A stretch of DNA of 57,969 bases from Puniceicoccales bacterium (GTDB lineage: Bacteria; Verrucomicrobiota; Verrucomicrobiia; Opitutales; JAIRKQ01): assembly GCA_031268375.1 (NCBI GenBank), contig JAIRXJ010000017.1, forward strand, positions 1-57,969, written 5' to 3'. The position numbers were made by a program, and so were the translations under genes. A model generated the notes under the pieces. The model was not told the origin of the DNA, made no database searches, and saw only the letters and a program-made list of their open reading frames with translations. This document shows, piece after piece, positions 6,864 to 17,666 of this stretch. Within the stretch, counting starts at the first letter, position 1. Every line of letters begins with the position of its first letter.

Positions 6864-8669
6864 CTATTGGTCAAATAGGCTATCGATGGGCTTCACATAT
6901 CGATTGCCGGATGCATCTGCAAATACGATGTGATCTTCGTTGGCCTCTGAAATGAAAACTGTAGAATCAGCACTTATCGGACCGCTACCATCGATGATTC
7001 TATCATCGACTTTTATTTTGCACGAATTTTTATCGCACATCACTTCCGATACCCTATGGCTGTGGAAAAAACTATCGACTGCCTTTTGAAGATCGGTGTA
7101 GCCACCCGATCGCATAGGAGAAGCTTTCGCAAAAGAGCGGTCTTCATTGGTCCTTTTGCGTTTTGAAGCGACATTTTCATTTTCATAGCCGTGCAAAACG
7201 TATTGTTTCTGCCTTAGAAGGTTTTTTTCATGTTTTACTGCAAGGGCCGCCCGCGTATACTCTACCTTCGATATTTGGCTATCGTAGGTTCTCACCCCAA
7301 TGAATGCTATAATCGTAAAGGCCAGAGGTAATACCATCGCAGGCTTTTGCAAGACCGCCAAAGCATTACCGTAGGAAAACTGAGCCCTTAGTGACGCACG
7401 AGCATTTGAAATGGAAGATTGTAAGCTCGTGGCATAACTGGTACATGTCGTCCTAAAAGCATTGGTGGACTTTTTTAGGAAAGCGTGGAAGGATGTGAAT
7501 GGATAGGTAATGGCTTTTGCCGTAGCATTGATAAATTTTTTGATGGATAAGCACAGGAACCAAACCCCTTTGCATGCCATTTGGCTAGCAAAAATGGAAG
7601 CGGACACCAAAAACTTTGGGGCATTGGTCAGCTTTTGGTTGCCAAATTTGATAAGATTTCGGGATTTTGTCAAATGGGATCGCACAACATTGCTCCCCTT
7701 TGTCACCAGCAAGCATGCCCAGTCAACCGTGCGCATAACACCAACCTTCGTCACTTGCAAAGACACAACGAAGGCAAGTTTTAGCAAATGGGTAATTTGG
7801 AAAATAACTTTGGGGAATTGCCTGCAAAAGTTTGATATTGCCGATGCCAGCGTTGTTTTGACATGTCTGAATTTCTCAACAGCTTTACCAGCTTTTCCTT
7901 TGGCAGCCCTATACATTTGGACGATTTTGGCAGCCAATAAAGCAGTGACTTCCATCGCAGACTTGGATATTGCCTTTAAATTTTCGATTATTTTCGAAGG
8001 CTTGGCCGCTGAGACACGCTTGGCTTTTCCCTTGATTGTCCTATACGCTTGGACGATTTTGGCAACCAACGAAGTAGTAGCTTTCTTTATATGTTTAGAC
8101 ATTGCCTTTAAATTTTCGATTATTTTCGAAGCCTTGGCTGCCAAGGCACTCTTGGACTTCCCTTTGGCTGTCTTATACGCTTGTATGGTTTTAGCAGCCA
8201 ACGAAGTAGTAGCTTTCGTTATATGTTTAGGTATTGCTTTTAAATTTTCGACTATTTTCGAAGCCTTGGCCACCAAGACACGCTTGGCTTTTCCCTTGGT
8301 TGTCCTATACGCTTGGACGATTTTGGCAACCAACGAAGTAGTAGCTTTCGTTATATGTTTAGACATTGCCTTTAAATTTTCGATTATTTTCGAAGCCTTG
8401 GCTGCCAAGGCACTCTTGGACTTCCCTTTGGCTGTCTTATACGCTTGTACGGTTTTAGCAGCCAACGAAGTAGTAGCTTTCTTTATACGTTTAGACATTG
8501 CCTTTAAATTTTCGATTATTTTCGAAGGCTTGGCCGCCAAAGCACGCTTGGTGAAGTCCTTTACTGCCGTTGAAAATTTTCGTATTTTCTTTGACAAATT
8601 TTCACGAAAGTTGGGCGAGGTATTTTGCAAACATCTATCTTTTTTGAAGAAATTTTTCATATGAATCAA
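6864..8669 (-). CDS. Lys/Ala-rich tandem-repeat protein with one predicted TM segment and a unique C-terminal domain
   Basis: 601-aa ORF starting 25 nt downstream of the glgP stop on the same strand (operon-like). Five 44-aa repeats AAKxSKIIENLKAMSKHIxKATTSLxAKxVQAYxTxKGKxKx. TM candidate AMVLPLAFTIIAFIGV. Confidence 0.7.
   Translation of the reverse strand: MIHMKNFFKKDRCLQNTSPNFRENLSKKIRKFSTAVKDFTKRALAAKPSKIIENLKAMSKRIKKATTSLAAKTVQAYKTAKGKSKSALAAKASKIIENLKAMSKHITKATTSLVAKIVQAYRTTKGKAKRVLVAKASKIVENLKAIPKHITKATTSLAAKTIQAYKTAKGKSKSALAAKASKIIENLKAMSKHIKKATTSLVAKIVQAYRTIKGKAKRVSAAKPSKIIENLKAISKSAMEVTALLAAKIVQMYRAAKGKAGKAVEKFRHVKTTLASAISNFCRQFPKVIFQITHLLKLAFVVSLQVTKVGVMRTVDWACLLVTKGSNVVRSHLTKSRNLIKFGNQKLTNAPKFLVSASIFASQMACKGVWFLCLSIKKFINATAKAITYPFTSFHAFLKKSTNAFRTTCTSYATSLQSSISNARASLRAQFSYGNALAVLQKPAMVLPLAFTIIAFIGVRTYDSQISKVEYTRAALAVKHEKNLLRQKQYVLHGYENENVASKRKRTNEDRSFAKASPMRSGGYTDLQKAVDSFFHSHRVSEVMCDKNSCKIKVDDRIIDGSGPISADSTVFISEANEDHIVFADASGNRYVKPIDSLFDQ
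7884..8543. repeat. 5 x 132-bp coding tandem repeat with alternating 264-bp higher-order units
   Basis: tatacgc anchors at 8042 and 8174 are 132 bp apart. ctatac at 8041 and 8305 are 264 bp apart. The repeat covers residues 43-262 of ORF 6864..8669. Confidence 0.9.
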
Positions 8670-8694
8670 TGATGAAGGTTATTCCATGGATAAA

Positions 8695-11226
8695 TTACTC
8701 TACGTTGATGGGGGCAAGGTCCCAAATCTTTGTCGCATAGTCCTTAATCGAACGGTCACTGGAAAACTTTCCAGAACGTGCAATGTTCAAAATTGCTTTT
8801 TGTGCCCACTTTTGTTTATCTTTGTATGCTTCATCAACCTTCTTCTGCGTCTTCACATAATCTTCGAAATCAGCCAACACAAAGAATGGGTCACCGCCGT
8901 CAAGCAAACTATTCCTTATATTTCTGAGTGGAGCTTCCCCGTATTTAGTCACGAAGAAGTTTGATGCCATCCAGTCTAAAATGGAACGTAGTTCTTCATT
9001 CTTATCATAGTAATCACAAGGGAAATAACCCGTTGTGCGGAGTTTTTTCAGTTCCATTTCCGTGTGACCGAAAACAAAAATATTAGCATCTCCGACTTCT
9101 TCTTTAATTTCAACATTTGCTCCATCGAGGGTACAAATTGTGCAGGCCCCATTCATTGCCAGCTTCATATTCCCTGTGCCCGATGCTTCTTTCCCCGCCG
9201 TAGAAATCTGTTCAGACAGATCCGCCGCAGGAATAATATCACAGGCAAGGGAAACATTGTAATTTGGCAAAAATACCACCCGTATTTTATCGTTGTTTGG
9301 ATTGTTGTTTATTTCATTTGCCACCATATTGATCCCGTGAATTATTTGTTTCGCCATATAATATCCGGGAGCTGCCTTTGCTCCAAATATAAATGTTCGT
9401 GGTACTATATTTTTGTCGCCCCTAATAACGCGTTTGTACACATATAAAATGTGCAATAGGTTGAGGTGCTGCCGTTTATATTCATGCAAACGTTTGATTT
9501 GTACGTCGAACAGGGAATCTGGGTCGACCTCTATGCCACACAGTTTTGAGATTTTTTTGGCGAGAGCTAGCTTATTTGACGTTTTAATTTCTAAAAACTT
9601 TTGTTGAAAAGTAGGATCGTCGGCAAGGTCTTCCAATTTCCGCAACTGTTCGGAATCTTCTGTCCATTTTTGCCCAATTGCCCGGTCGAGTAATTTTGAA
9701 AGATTTGGATTACAACATCTGATCCATAACCTTGGTGTTACGCCATTGGTAACATTTGTAAACTTTTTTGGATACATTTGACAAAATAGAGGAAATAGCA
9801 AGTTTTTCACCAATTCCGAATGCATGAAAGCCACACCGTTTATATATTTACAACACGCGACGGCCAAATATGCCATGCGAACAACCTTATTTCCATCGCC
9901 ACCGATGATCGACAGGGCATGTTTTTTTGAATCGTCGCCTGGCCATTTTTTTTCGACTTCTTCCGTGAGGAATCTGCCATTGATTTCGCAGATTAGCTGA
10001 TAGTGTCTCGGAAGCAAATGTTCAAACATTCCGACCGGCCATTCTTCCAGCGCTTCCGGGAGTAGTGTGTGATTTGTATAGGAAAAAGTTTGTTTGCAAA
10101 TATTCCAGGCCTTGTCCCATGAAAAATTTTCCTCATCGAGGAAAATACGCAATAGCTCTACAATCGCAATTATGGGATGCGTGTCGTTCAATTGAATGGT
10201 TATCTTTTTGGCAAAGGAATCAAAACTTTTATTGCCATTTTTAAACCTGCGAATGATATCTTGTATGGAGCAGCTGACGAAAAAGTATTGTTGGGTCAAT
10301 CTCAAAATTTTGCCACCTTCCGTGGAATCGTCGGGGTATAATACCTTAGAAATAGTATCATTTTTTACCTGCTTGTCCATTGCTTCAAAAAATTTGCCTT
10401 CGTTGAACATTTTCAGGTCAAATTCACTCGCTGAACGTGCCTCCCACAGGCGCATAAAGTTTACCGTATTTGATTTGTACCCAATTACTGCGATGTCCCA
10501 AGGCACCCCCTGTACCGTTTCATAGTCCTGCCAAACGGGTTTCAGATTTCCGTTGCCATCGTAGCAGTACTCGACCTTACCATACAGCTTGATAACTTGG
10601 GTATTTTCCGGCCTGCAAACCTCCCATGGTGTTCCGGACATTAGCCAATTGTCGGGCTTTTCCGCCTGTTTTCCATCCACCAGCTCCTGGCGAAAAAGTC
10701 CCAATTCATAGTGAATTCCATAGGCTACGGCTGGATAATTGAGGGTCGCCAAAGAATCCTGAAAACAGGAAGCTAGTCGACCGAGCCCTCCGTTTCCCAG
10801 CCCCATGTCCGGTTCCACATTTACAATGTCATCGAAATTCTGTCCCAGTATTTCAAGTGCTTTCTTTGCGTCATCAAGAATGCCGAGATTGATCAAATTG
10901 TTCTTCAATAGCCGACCTGGTAGGTATTCCAGCGACATATAATAAACTCTCCGCACATTATTTACGTGATGGACTTTTTGTGTGCGTATGAACTGTGACA
11001 TTATCATTTCTTTTGCCATCAGGCACACCGCTACCCACCAGTCGCGTAATGTTGCAGACGTTTGATCCCTGGCCAGGTCAAACTGTAAATGTTTAATTAT
11101 TGACTCCTTGATCTCCAGTTTAAAATCCTGCGTTTGTATTTTCTCATCCATTAGTTTACTTCCATTTTTTTTGGTTACTTTTATGACTTTCCCAAGATCT
11201 ACTTTTTCCATTTTTACCCAGCTCAA
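8695..11226 (-). CDS. glgP: Glycogen/maltodextrin phosphorylase
   Basis: 843 aa. Motifs LGNGGLGRLA, TNHTLLPEALE and the PLP-lysine motif EASGTGNMKLAMNGA. The true start may be the internal MEKVDL (11211). Confidence 0.95.
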   Translation of the reverse strand: MSWVKMEKVDLGKVIKVTKKNGSKLMDEKIQTQDFKLEIKESIIKHLQFDLARDQTSATLRDWWVAVCLMAKEMIMSQFIRTQKVHHVNNVRRVYYMSLEYLPGRLLKNNLINLGILDDAKKALEILGQNFDDIVNVEPDMGLGNGGLGRLASCFQDSLATLNYPAVAYGIHYELGLFRQELVDGKQAEKPDNWLMSGTPWEVCRPENTQVIKLYGKVEYCYDGNGNLKPVWQDYETVQGVPWDIAVIGYKSNTVNFMRLWEARSASEFDLKMFNEGKFFEAMDKQVKNDTISKVLYPDDSTEGGKILRLTQQYFFVSCSIQDIIRRFKNGNKSFDSFAKKITIQLNDTHPIIAIVELLRIFLDEENFSWDKAWNICKQTFSYTNHTLLPEALEEWPVGMFEHLLPRHYQLICEINGRFLTEEVEKKWPGDDSKKHALSIIGGDGNKVVRMAYLAVACCKYINGVAFMHSELVKNLLFPLFCQMYPKKFTNVTNGVTPRLWIRCCNPNLSKLLDRAIGQKWTEDSEQLRKLEDLADDPTFQQKFLEIKTSNKLALAKKISKLCGIEVDPDSLFDVQIKRLHEYKRQHLNLLHILYVYKRVIRGDKNIVPRTFIFGAKAAPGYYMAKQIIHGINMVANEINNNPNNDKIRVVFLPNYNVSLACDIIPAADLSEQISTAGKEASGTGNMKLAMNGACTICTLDGANVEIKEEVGDANIFVFGHTEMELKKLRTTGYFPCDYYDKNEELRSILDWMASNFFVTKYGEAPLRNIRNSLLDGGDPFFVLADFEDYVKTQKKVDEAYKDKQKWAQKAILNIARSGKFSSDRSIKDYATKIWDLAPINVE

Positions 11227-11327
11227 AAGAATTGAATGTAAATTTTTAGTAATTTCAATCTAAAAAATCTTTAATCGGCAAATCTTTGACTTGACTTCTC
11301 TGCAATATCTCTATTTAAAGGCACATC

Positions 11328-12356
11328 ATGGATAGAATAACTAATAACAACGGTTTAAACAGATTTTTCAATGGGGCAAAACAAGCTGTAAGTGCTGCCG
11401 GTCGTAAAATTGTAAATGCTGCCGGTCGTACAATTAAGAACGTTACCAATGCTCCGTCGTTGGAGCCATTAATGCGGAATGCACAGCCATTAGTGCAAGC
11501 ATTTGCACAACCATTTGATTTGGGAGCTTTTCCGGAGCTTTTTGTAACTCCCATAGGTAACATGTTTAGAGAGTGGAGTTCAGAACGTGTTGACTTCATT
11601 CGAAATCATTGCATGAAACAATTCGAAGAATGCACGGGCGACGGCGTTACCACCATAGAAGATTCGAATAAGGTTTTTGTTGCCAGGAGCGAATTTGGTC
11701 CGGATATTTCCGTTAAGCAGGCACAAGATTTTGGATTCATACTGCCTGGAGACATTGATGAGCGTGTAAGACATAATCCAAATCTAAAGGTAAAGCCATT
11801 GTTTATAAGGTGCTTTGGGGTAGGATCAGGAAACACCAAAGATCAAATTTTAGAGGGGGCAAAAAATATACTTTCATTGCCAACCGATAGGCTGGAATTA
11901 GCTAATAGCCTGATACTGTCTCACATCGAATCGGTACAGGAGAGGTTTAAATCCAACCAAGATGTTTTGGTCGTTCCCCTTATAACAGGATTTTCTCAGG
12001 GAGGTATGTTTGCCAGCGCCATAGCACTAAAAAATAACTTCCCGTCGATAACTTTCAATGGTTTAGGCCTTGGGAAAGGTGGTTGTGATTTTGTTGGAGA
12101 GACGGATTGGGCAAGGGCCCAACGACAGCAAAATAGTCACATTGCCATGGTTGTTGACCATGATTTTGTGGCATCGCCAGATTCAGCATGGCGCAATGCC
12201 ACAAGAATACCAGGTTGCATTGTTGGGATACCAAGCGATAATCCTACCATTAATAAAATGTATGAAATCCACTTCTATAGTGAATATTTCGATAGAGCAC
12301 GTCAAGACTATCTTACTTCTCATCAATTAGACACAAGAGACCGACTAGTTGCCTAG
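11328..12356 (+). CDS. Alpha/beta-hydrolase (lipase/esterase-like) orphan protein
   Basis: Nucleophile-elbow-like ITGFSQGGMFAS (GxSxG) with downstream Asp/His candidates (VVDHDF, YEIHFY). Long non-homologous N-terminus. The stop TAG lies in the CCTAGG at the IS-remnant junction. Confidence 0.55.
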   Translation: MDRITNNNGLNRFFNGAKQAVSAAGRKIVNAAGRTIKNVTNAPSLEPLMRNAQPLVQAFAQPFDLGAFPELFVTPIGNMFREWSSERVDFIRNHCMKQFEECTGDGVTTIEDSNKVFVARSEFGPDISVKQAQDFGFILPGDIDERVRHNPNLKVKPLFIRCFGVGSGNTKDQILEGAKNILSLPTDRLELANSLILSHIESVQERFKSNQDVLVVPLITGFSQGGMFASAIALKNNFPSITFNGLGLGKGGCDFVGETDWARAQRQQNSHIAMVVDHDFVASPDSAWRNATRIPGCIVGIPSDNPTINKMYEIHFYSEYFDRARQDYLTSHQLDTRDRLVA

Positions 12357-12945
12357 GCTCAGGACTCATAAATTCAAATAAAAGAGGAAAGAACAGGCGA
12401 TGGGGATGGAAGAGAAGAAGGTGTGGTGGCAGTGGTCGTAGCGAGTGGCGATGCGGTGCCAATCCTTCAATCTGCCGAACTGTGGCATCGTCTGTATAGG
12501 GTTACATCGTATGGGATTTGGATTTTTCGGTTGCACCGTGATGGAATACAGGGCATCACGTCGTGCTGCAGCAGCTCTCTTCGGAACCAATCAGCATCAT
12601 ATCCTTTATCCGCCAGAACGAATTCAGCTGCCGGGAGATCTTCCAGTAGTTTGGCGGCTCCCTTGATGTCATTGATGTTTCCAGCAGTCAAAGGCAACCT
12701 TACCGGGTGGCCGTCGCCATCGCAAACGGCATGCAATTTGCTGTTCAAACCACCTTTGTACGTCCGTAGCACAGCGAAGCCTCCCTTTTCACAGGCTGGC
12801 CGCACGAGATGTACCTTCAAATGCACCGTGTCTATCATTAACACTTTCGTCCCTGCTTTTGCTAACTTCTGCAAAATTCTGACACATACCCCAAGTTTAC
12901 TCCATCGGATGAAAAGCTTTGCCTTCTTGCCCTCTAAGTATTGTC
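12352..12945 (-). mobile_element. IS5-family (IS427/IS1031-like) transposase remnant, 5-prime truncated and frameshifted
   Basis: ORF 12467..12874 reads ...FIRWSKLGVCVRILQKLAKAGTKVLMIDTVHLKVH...LADKGYDADWFRRELL...IPSRCNRK. The expected C-terminus GRLKDWHRIATRYDHCHHTFFS sits in another frame (ORF 12366..12590). The N-terminal part of the transposase is missing. Confidence 0.8.
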
Positions 12946-12988
12946 AAAGAATTATTCCTCCAAAGGGTTTACAAATTTTTATGCTAAG

Positions 12989-14365
12989 TTACCTACCGAT
13001 GTGATTGTAATTTTTCTTAAAAATTGGAATTCCAAAAATGTAAAAAGTCTTTTTTTGTTTTTCTCTTTTTATTTTAAAAATTTCCAGACAAAATATGGCC
13101 ATCCTGGTTTTCTTTGGTTCGTTACTTATGCCAAATATAAACTTTTTAAATAAATGTTTCCACGGCCGTGGAGCAGAGACAATGTATGAACTTTTTGGTT
13201 GTGTAAAATCATGCTTTTTAAATTCCTGCACCATGGTATCAACACACGCTTTCCACGAAAAATTCTTTGCCCGTTTAAGCCCTTTCTGGGACAATTCTTG
13301 CCGCAATTTTTCATCGTAATATACCTTTTCATAGGCGGCTACCATGGCTTCATCGTTTGTGGGGTCGATTAAAATTCCGGCATCGCCAACAACTTCTGGC
13401 AGGGAGGTCACATTGGATGTGATTACTGGACATCCGCACTGCATGGCTTCGAGCGGGGGTAGTCCAAATCCTTCGTAGAGTGACACAAAAACACAACATT
13501 CAGCATGGGAATATAACGAAGCCAAATCCCCATCTTCCACATAACCGATCCTGATAATTTTCGTGCTATTTTCACCGAGACTTGCCATTTCAGCATCAAA
13601 AAATTCTTCAAAATCATCACAAACACAACCGGCAATAACAAAAACCAAATCATCGATATGGTTTTTTTCAGTAAATTTAATAAAGTTTCTGAGTGTAAAA
13701 ATGAGATTTTTTCGCGGTTCTATGGTGCTGACGGTGAAAAGATAACGCTTGCCTATGGGGATGCCGTATTTTATCCGAATTTGCCGGTTCTGCGTTCCAT
13801 CGACACATGGATAAAAGTTTGCACTTGCCGCCAATGATATTTGGGTAATTTTATGAGGGTCAATCTGTGGAAGTAGTCTAATGATGTCGCTTTTGGTAAA
13901 GTCTGAAATGGCAAATATATAATCCTTCAATGTTAAACTTTTTATGATGTCAAAAAAAACCGAATCTTTGTTGTGTAATGGACAAACCATTGGAATAAGG
14001 TCGTGAATAATGGTATAACAAATGATGCCGGTTTCTTTAATCCCTGGAAAAATAAAATAGCGGGGAGACAAAAAAATATCAAAGTCCTTTACGTCGCCGG
14101 AAAAGATTTTGGACGTAATTCCAATGCCACCTTTCGAGAAGACCTTTTTAACACGGTGGTAGGTATCGTAATCTGTCCCAGCGTATATTGCAACTTCAAG
14201 CTCAGGTCGTCTCAGTAGTTCTTTAAAAATATTATAAACAACGAAAAATATCCCTCGTCGGTCGTTATTATTTTTACATAGGCAAGCTTCTAAGACTTGA
14301 GCGTCATATAATACCCTGACTTTAGCTTTCCGATTAAATTTTTTCTTCAAAAGTAAGTTGCCCAT
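12989..14365 (-). CDS. Glycosyltransferase, GT-B fold family 1/4
   Basis: C-terminal signature [36 protein letters not shown]. About 80 aa of basic/hydrophobic tail follow the GT domain. Confidence 0.85.
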   Translation of the reverse strand: MGNLLLKKKFNRKAKVRVLYDAQVLEACLCKNNNDRRGIFFVVYNIFKELLRRPELEVAIYAGTDYDTYHRVKKVFSKGGIGITSKIFSGDVKDFDIFLSPRYFIFPGIKETGIICYTIIHDLIPMVCPLHNKDSVFFDIIKSLTLKDYIFAISDFTKSDIIRLLPQIDPHKITQISLAASANFYPCVDGTQNRQIRIKYGIPIGKRYLFTVSTIEPRKNLIFTLRNFIKFTEKNHIDDLVFVIAGCVCDDFEEFFDAEMASLGENSTKIIRIGYVEDGDLASLYSHAECCVFVSLYEGFGLPPLEAMQCGCPVITSNVTSLPEVVGDAGILIDPTNDEAMVAAYEKVYYDEKLRQELSQKGLKRAKNFSWKACVDTMVQEFKKHDFTQPKSSYIVSAPRPWKHLFKKFIFGISNEPKKTRMAIFCLEIFKIKREKQKKTFYIFGIPIFKKNYNHIGR

Positions 14366-14808
14366 TAGCTAAGCCTCCGATTCCAATTTTTCAAAATTGA
14401 CGATGAAGAATTGATTTTATTTTCTCCACCAACTCCAAATTCCACCACCACATTACATTCTTTACACACTTCCATTTCTGGAATATTTTCCTTCGTCCGA
14501 TCTCCTCCATTTGCGAATACCAGCCAATCCGTTGGATATTTTTCCCGAACCCTGCGAATTCCATCGCATGCAGAATTGTCGCTGTCATCAAATCCTAATG
14601 CGTCGACAACATTTTTTAGGCTTTCACAAATCGCCCTACGCGTGGCAAATTCCATGAAATTTTTACCTTTTTTGCGGCATAGCCATGCATCGGAATTAAG
14701 CAATACAATCACACCATCTCCGCGAGAACCAGCATCTCTTATTAGATTTATGTGCCCTTCGTGAAGGGGATCAAACCCGCCACTAACAATATAATAAATT
14801 TTTTCCAA
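14365..14808 (-). CDS. Cytidylyl/adenylyl-transferase family protein (RfaE domain II / TagD-like)
   Basis: N-terminal GGFDPLHEGHINLI (HxGH nucleotidyltransferase motif). 147 aa. Its stop overlaps the GT start by 1 nt (TAATG). Confidence 0.75.
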   Translation of the reverse strand: MEKIYYIVSGGFDPLHEGHINLIRDAGSRGDGVIVLLNSDAWLCRKKGKNFMEFATRRAICESLKNVVDALGFDDSDNSACDGIRRVREKYPTDWLVFANGGDRTKENIPEMEVCKECNVVVEFGVGGENKINSSSSILKNWNRRLS

Positions 14809-14903
14809 GATTTAAAAACAACACACCTTTGTTAAGGGCCTCACGAAAAAAAGTAAAGTATTTTTTATTTTTATTTTAAATATGCATATGAGTAACCATG
14901 GTA

Positions 14904-17594
14904 CTATTCTAATGCTGCTTGGGCTGCCGCTAGCCTTGCAATGGGAACGCGATTTGGTGAACAGCTGACATAGGATAGTCCAATTTTATTGCACAATTTG
15001 ATGGATGCTGGATCTCCGCCATGCTCTCCGCATATGCCGATTTTTAAGTCCTTGCGGGTCGCTCGTCCACGTTCACAGGCAATTTTGATCAATTCACCAA
15101 CGCCCAATTCATCGATGGAGGCAAATGGATTATTTTTAATTATTTCACGCTCCAGGTATTGGGGTAAAAACCCATTGGCATCGTCGCGGCTCATTCCGAG
15201 GGTCGTTTGGGTCAGATCATTTGTCCCAAAGCTGAAAAACTCCGCATCTTCCGCAATTTCTCCGGCCCGCAAACATGCCCGGGGAATCTCTATCATCGTA
15301 CCTACTTTATAGGCAAGGGAATGTCCAAGACGTCGTTCCACTGCTTCCGCAGCTTCGCGAATAATTTTCGCCTGATGCTTAAACTCAGCGGCAAAAGTCG
15401 TCAGCGGCACCATAATTTCAGCATTAACCTCTATCCCTTCCCCTTTAACCTTTGCGACAGCTTCAAAAATTGCTGTGCTTTGCATGGCAGTAATTTCCGG
15501 ATATGAAATCCCCAAACGGCAACCCCGATAGCCGAGCATGGGGTTACTTTCAGACATTGCTTCCACACGCAATTCCAAGTCGGCGGGATTCTTTCCTAAT
15601 TTTTTTGCCAGGGATTCAATGGCAGATCGTTCGTGGGGTAAAAACTCATGTAAGGGCGGGTCCAGTAGCCGAATGGTGACGGGGTATCCCTTCATCTCAC
15701 GGAAAATCCCTTCAAAATCTCCCTGTTGCAGAGGTTTTAACTTGGCCAGTGCCTTTTGGCGATCTTCAACGTTATCCGCAAGTATCATTTCACGCATATA
15801 ATCGATGCGTCCTCCTTCAAAAAACATGTGCTCCGTCCTGCAGAGACCTATGCCCTTTGCTCCTAGCTGAATGGCAGCTTGTGCTTGCTTGGGACTATCG
15901 GCATTGGTTCGAATGTCGAGTTTGCGATAGCTGTCTGCCCAGGACATTACGGAATCAAATATACGAAACGTATAACTTTTTTCCGCCGCCATACTTCCCG
16001 AAAGAACCTGGGTAACTTCCGATGGGGCTGTCTCAACGTGACCGACGAAAATTTCTCCCGTCGTCCCGTCAATGGAAATCGGTTCTCCTTCTTTTATCGT
16101 GACACCATCGGCGGATACCTGTTTCTTTGCATAGTCAATCACCAAGCCTCCTGCCCCACAGACGCAAACTTTTCCCATTTGCCTTGCGACCAGGGCCGCA
16201 TGGGAACTGACTCCACCGTGGCTGGTAACGATCCCTTCGGCGGCCAGCATACCCCGGATGTCTTCGGGGGATGTTTCCGTCCTGCATAGGACAACTTTCT
16301 CTCCCTTACCATGCATTTCCTCCGCTTTCTTCGCTGAAAAATATACATTTCCCGATGCTGCTCCGGGTCCTGCTGGCAATCCACTGGCGATTTTTTTCAC
16401 CTTCTTTTTCCCAGCCGTGTCGAAAATTGGTACTAGCAGCGAAGAAACGGAATCCGCCGGAATGCGTTTTATGGCCATTTCTTTGTCGATGAGGCCTTCG
16501 TTGACCATCTCAACCGCTATCCTAACAGCTGCTAGACCCGTACGCTTACCATTTCGCGTTTGCAGCATGTACAATTTGTCATTTTCAACCGTAAATTCGA
16601 AATCCTGCATGTCACGGAAATGATGTTCGAGGGTTTGACAGACCTTAACCAACTGGTCAAAAACAACGGGCATGTCGTTTTTCAAATTTGCAATTGCTTG
16701 GGGCGTACGAATGCCGGCGACGACATCTTCCCCCTGGGCGTTTATTAAATATTCCCCGTAGAAAACATTTTCACCATTTGCGGGATCTCTGGTAAATGCA
16801 ACGCCCGTCGCACAATTGTTACCCATGTTGCCGAATACCATGCTTTGCACGTTGACCGCAGTGCCCCATTCCGCTGGAATATTATACTTCCTGCGATAAA
16901 TTACCGCACGCTCATTGTGCCAGGATTCAAAGACGGCACCAATGGCTCCCCTCAGCTGGCCAGAAACATCCTGGGGAAATTCCTTACCTGTCCGCTCAAC
17001 GATCAACTTTTTGTAGCGGCCGATGACGTCCTTAAGGTTTTCAGCTGTTAAATCGGGATCACTGTGCACTCCAGCTTTTCTTTTAACATCCGATAAAATT
17101 TCTTCAAACGGGTCGCGAGATTCGTCATCTTCTGCATGGACCCCCATCACAACATCACCATACATTTGAATAAATCTACGGTAGCAATCGTAGGCAAACC
17201 TGGGATTATTCGTATTTTCAGCCTGGCCAATGACGGTCTCATCGTTCAATCCTAGGTTTAAAATGGTATCCATCATCCCCGGCATGGATTCCCGAGCACC
17301 CGAACGGACGGAAAATAGTAGGGGATTTTTGACATCGCCGAACTTTTTCCCCTGCTGGTTCTCCACATGGGACAAGGCTTTTTTTGCGTCCGACCAAACA
17401 TTGTCCGGCAATTTACCATTATTTTTATAATACTCGGCACAAACCTCCGTTGTAATCGTAAAACCTGGCGGGACAGGCAACCCAATCTTCGCCATTTCTG
17501 CAAGATTGGCTCCTTTTCCTCCCAACAAAGCACGCATGCTAGTATCGCCATCGGTCTTTACGCCGAATTCATATATGAAATTCCCTATGCTCAT
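14904..17594 (-). CDS. ppdK: Pyruvate, phosphate dikinase
   Basis: 896 aa. N-terminal [28 protein letters not shown], phospho-His region [18 protein letters not shown]-terminal PEP-utilising TIM-barrel motifs [11 protein letters not shown]. Confidence 0.95.
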   Translation of the reverse strand: MSIGNFIYEFGVKTDGDTSMRALLGGKGANLAEMAKIGLPVPPGFTITTEVCAEYYKNNGKLPDNVWSDAKKALSHVENQQGKKFGDVKNPLLFSVRSGARESMPGMMDTILNLGLNDETVIGQAENTNNPRFAYDCYRRFIQMYGDVVMGVHAEDDESRDPFEEILSDVKRKAGVHSDPDLTAENLKDVIGRYKKLIVERTGKEFPQDVSGQLRGAIGAVFESWHNERAVIYRRKYNIPAEWGTAVNVQSMVFGNMGNNCATGVAFTRDPANGENVFYGEYLINAQGEDVVAGIRTPQAIANLKNDMPVVFDQLVKVCQTLEHHFRDMQDFEFTVENDKLYMLQTRNGKRTGLAAVRIAVEMVNEGLIDKEMAIKRIPADSVSSLLVPIFDTAGKKKVKKIASGLPAGPGAASGNVYFSAKKAEEMHGKGEKVVLCRTETSPEDIRGMLAAEGIVTSHGGVSSHAALVARQMGKVCVCGAGGLVIDYAKKQVSADGVTIKEGEPISIDGTTGEIFVGHVETAPSEVTQVLSGSMAAEKSYTFRIFDSVMSWADSYRKLDIRTNADSPKQAQAAIQLGAKGIGLCRTEHMFFEGGRIDYMREMILADNVEDRQKALAKLKPLQQGDFEGIFREMKGYPVTIRLLDPPLHEFLPHERSAIESLAKKLGKNPADLELRVEAMSESNPMLGYRGCRLGISYPEITAMQSTAIFEAVAKVKGEGIEVNAEIMVPLTTFAAEFKHQAKIIREAAEAVERRLGHSLAYKVGTMIEIPRACLRAGEIAEDAEFFSFGTNDLTQTTLGMSRDDANGFLPQYLEREIIKNNPFASIDELGVGELIKIACERGRATRKDLKIGICGEHGGDPASIKLCNKIGLSYVSCSPNRVPIARLAAAQAALE

Positions 17595-17666
17595 AATACT
17601 CCTTAGCCTGACAAGCTATATGAAACATCCCCACCGTTGTCAAATACCAAAAAACGTAAAAAACCA

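Noticed and set aside
6531-6878. 115-aa ORF (TTG start) in the 357-bp convergent spacer
   Set aside because: It has no motif, an odd Cys/Pro-rich composition, and it overlaps the 3-prime end of ORF 6864..8669. I cannot support it as a gene. The spacer is somewhat GC-rich and might hold a decayed gene, but I cannot show that.
7884-8543. CRISPR-like regular repeats
   Set aside because: The repeats are contiguous with no unique spacers. The period is 132 bp, they lie in frame within a long ORF, and no cas genes are present in the window.
7510-8664. 384-aa plus-strand ORF across the 132-bp repeat array
   Set aside because: It is antisense to the 601-aa ORF. It translates to F/L/A/I-rich text typical of the complement of a Lys/Ala-rich gene. 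The minus ORF is longer, extends into unique sequence and is operon-spaced after glgP.
12423-13004. 193-aa plus-strand ORF
   Set aside because: It is antisense to the IS5-family transposase remnant, whose minus-strand translation carries the recognisable DDE-transposase motifs.
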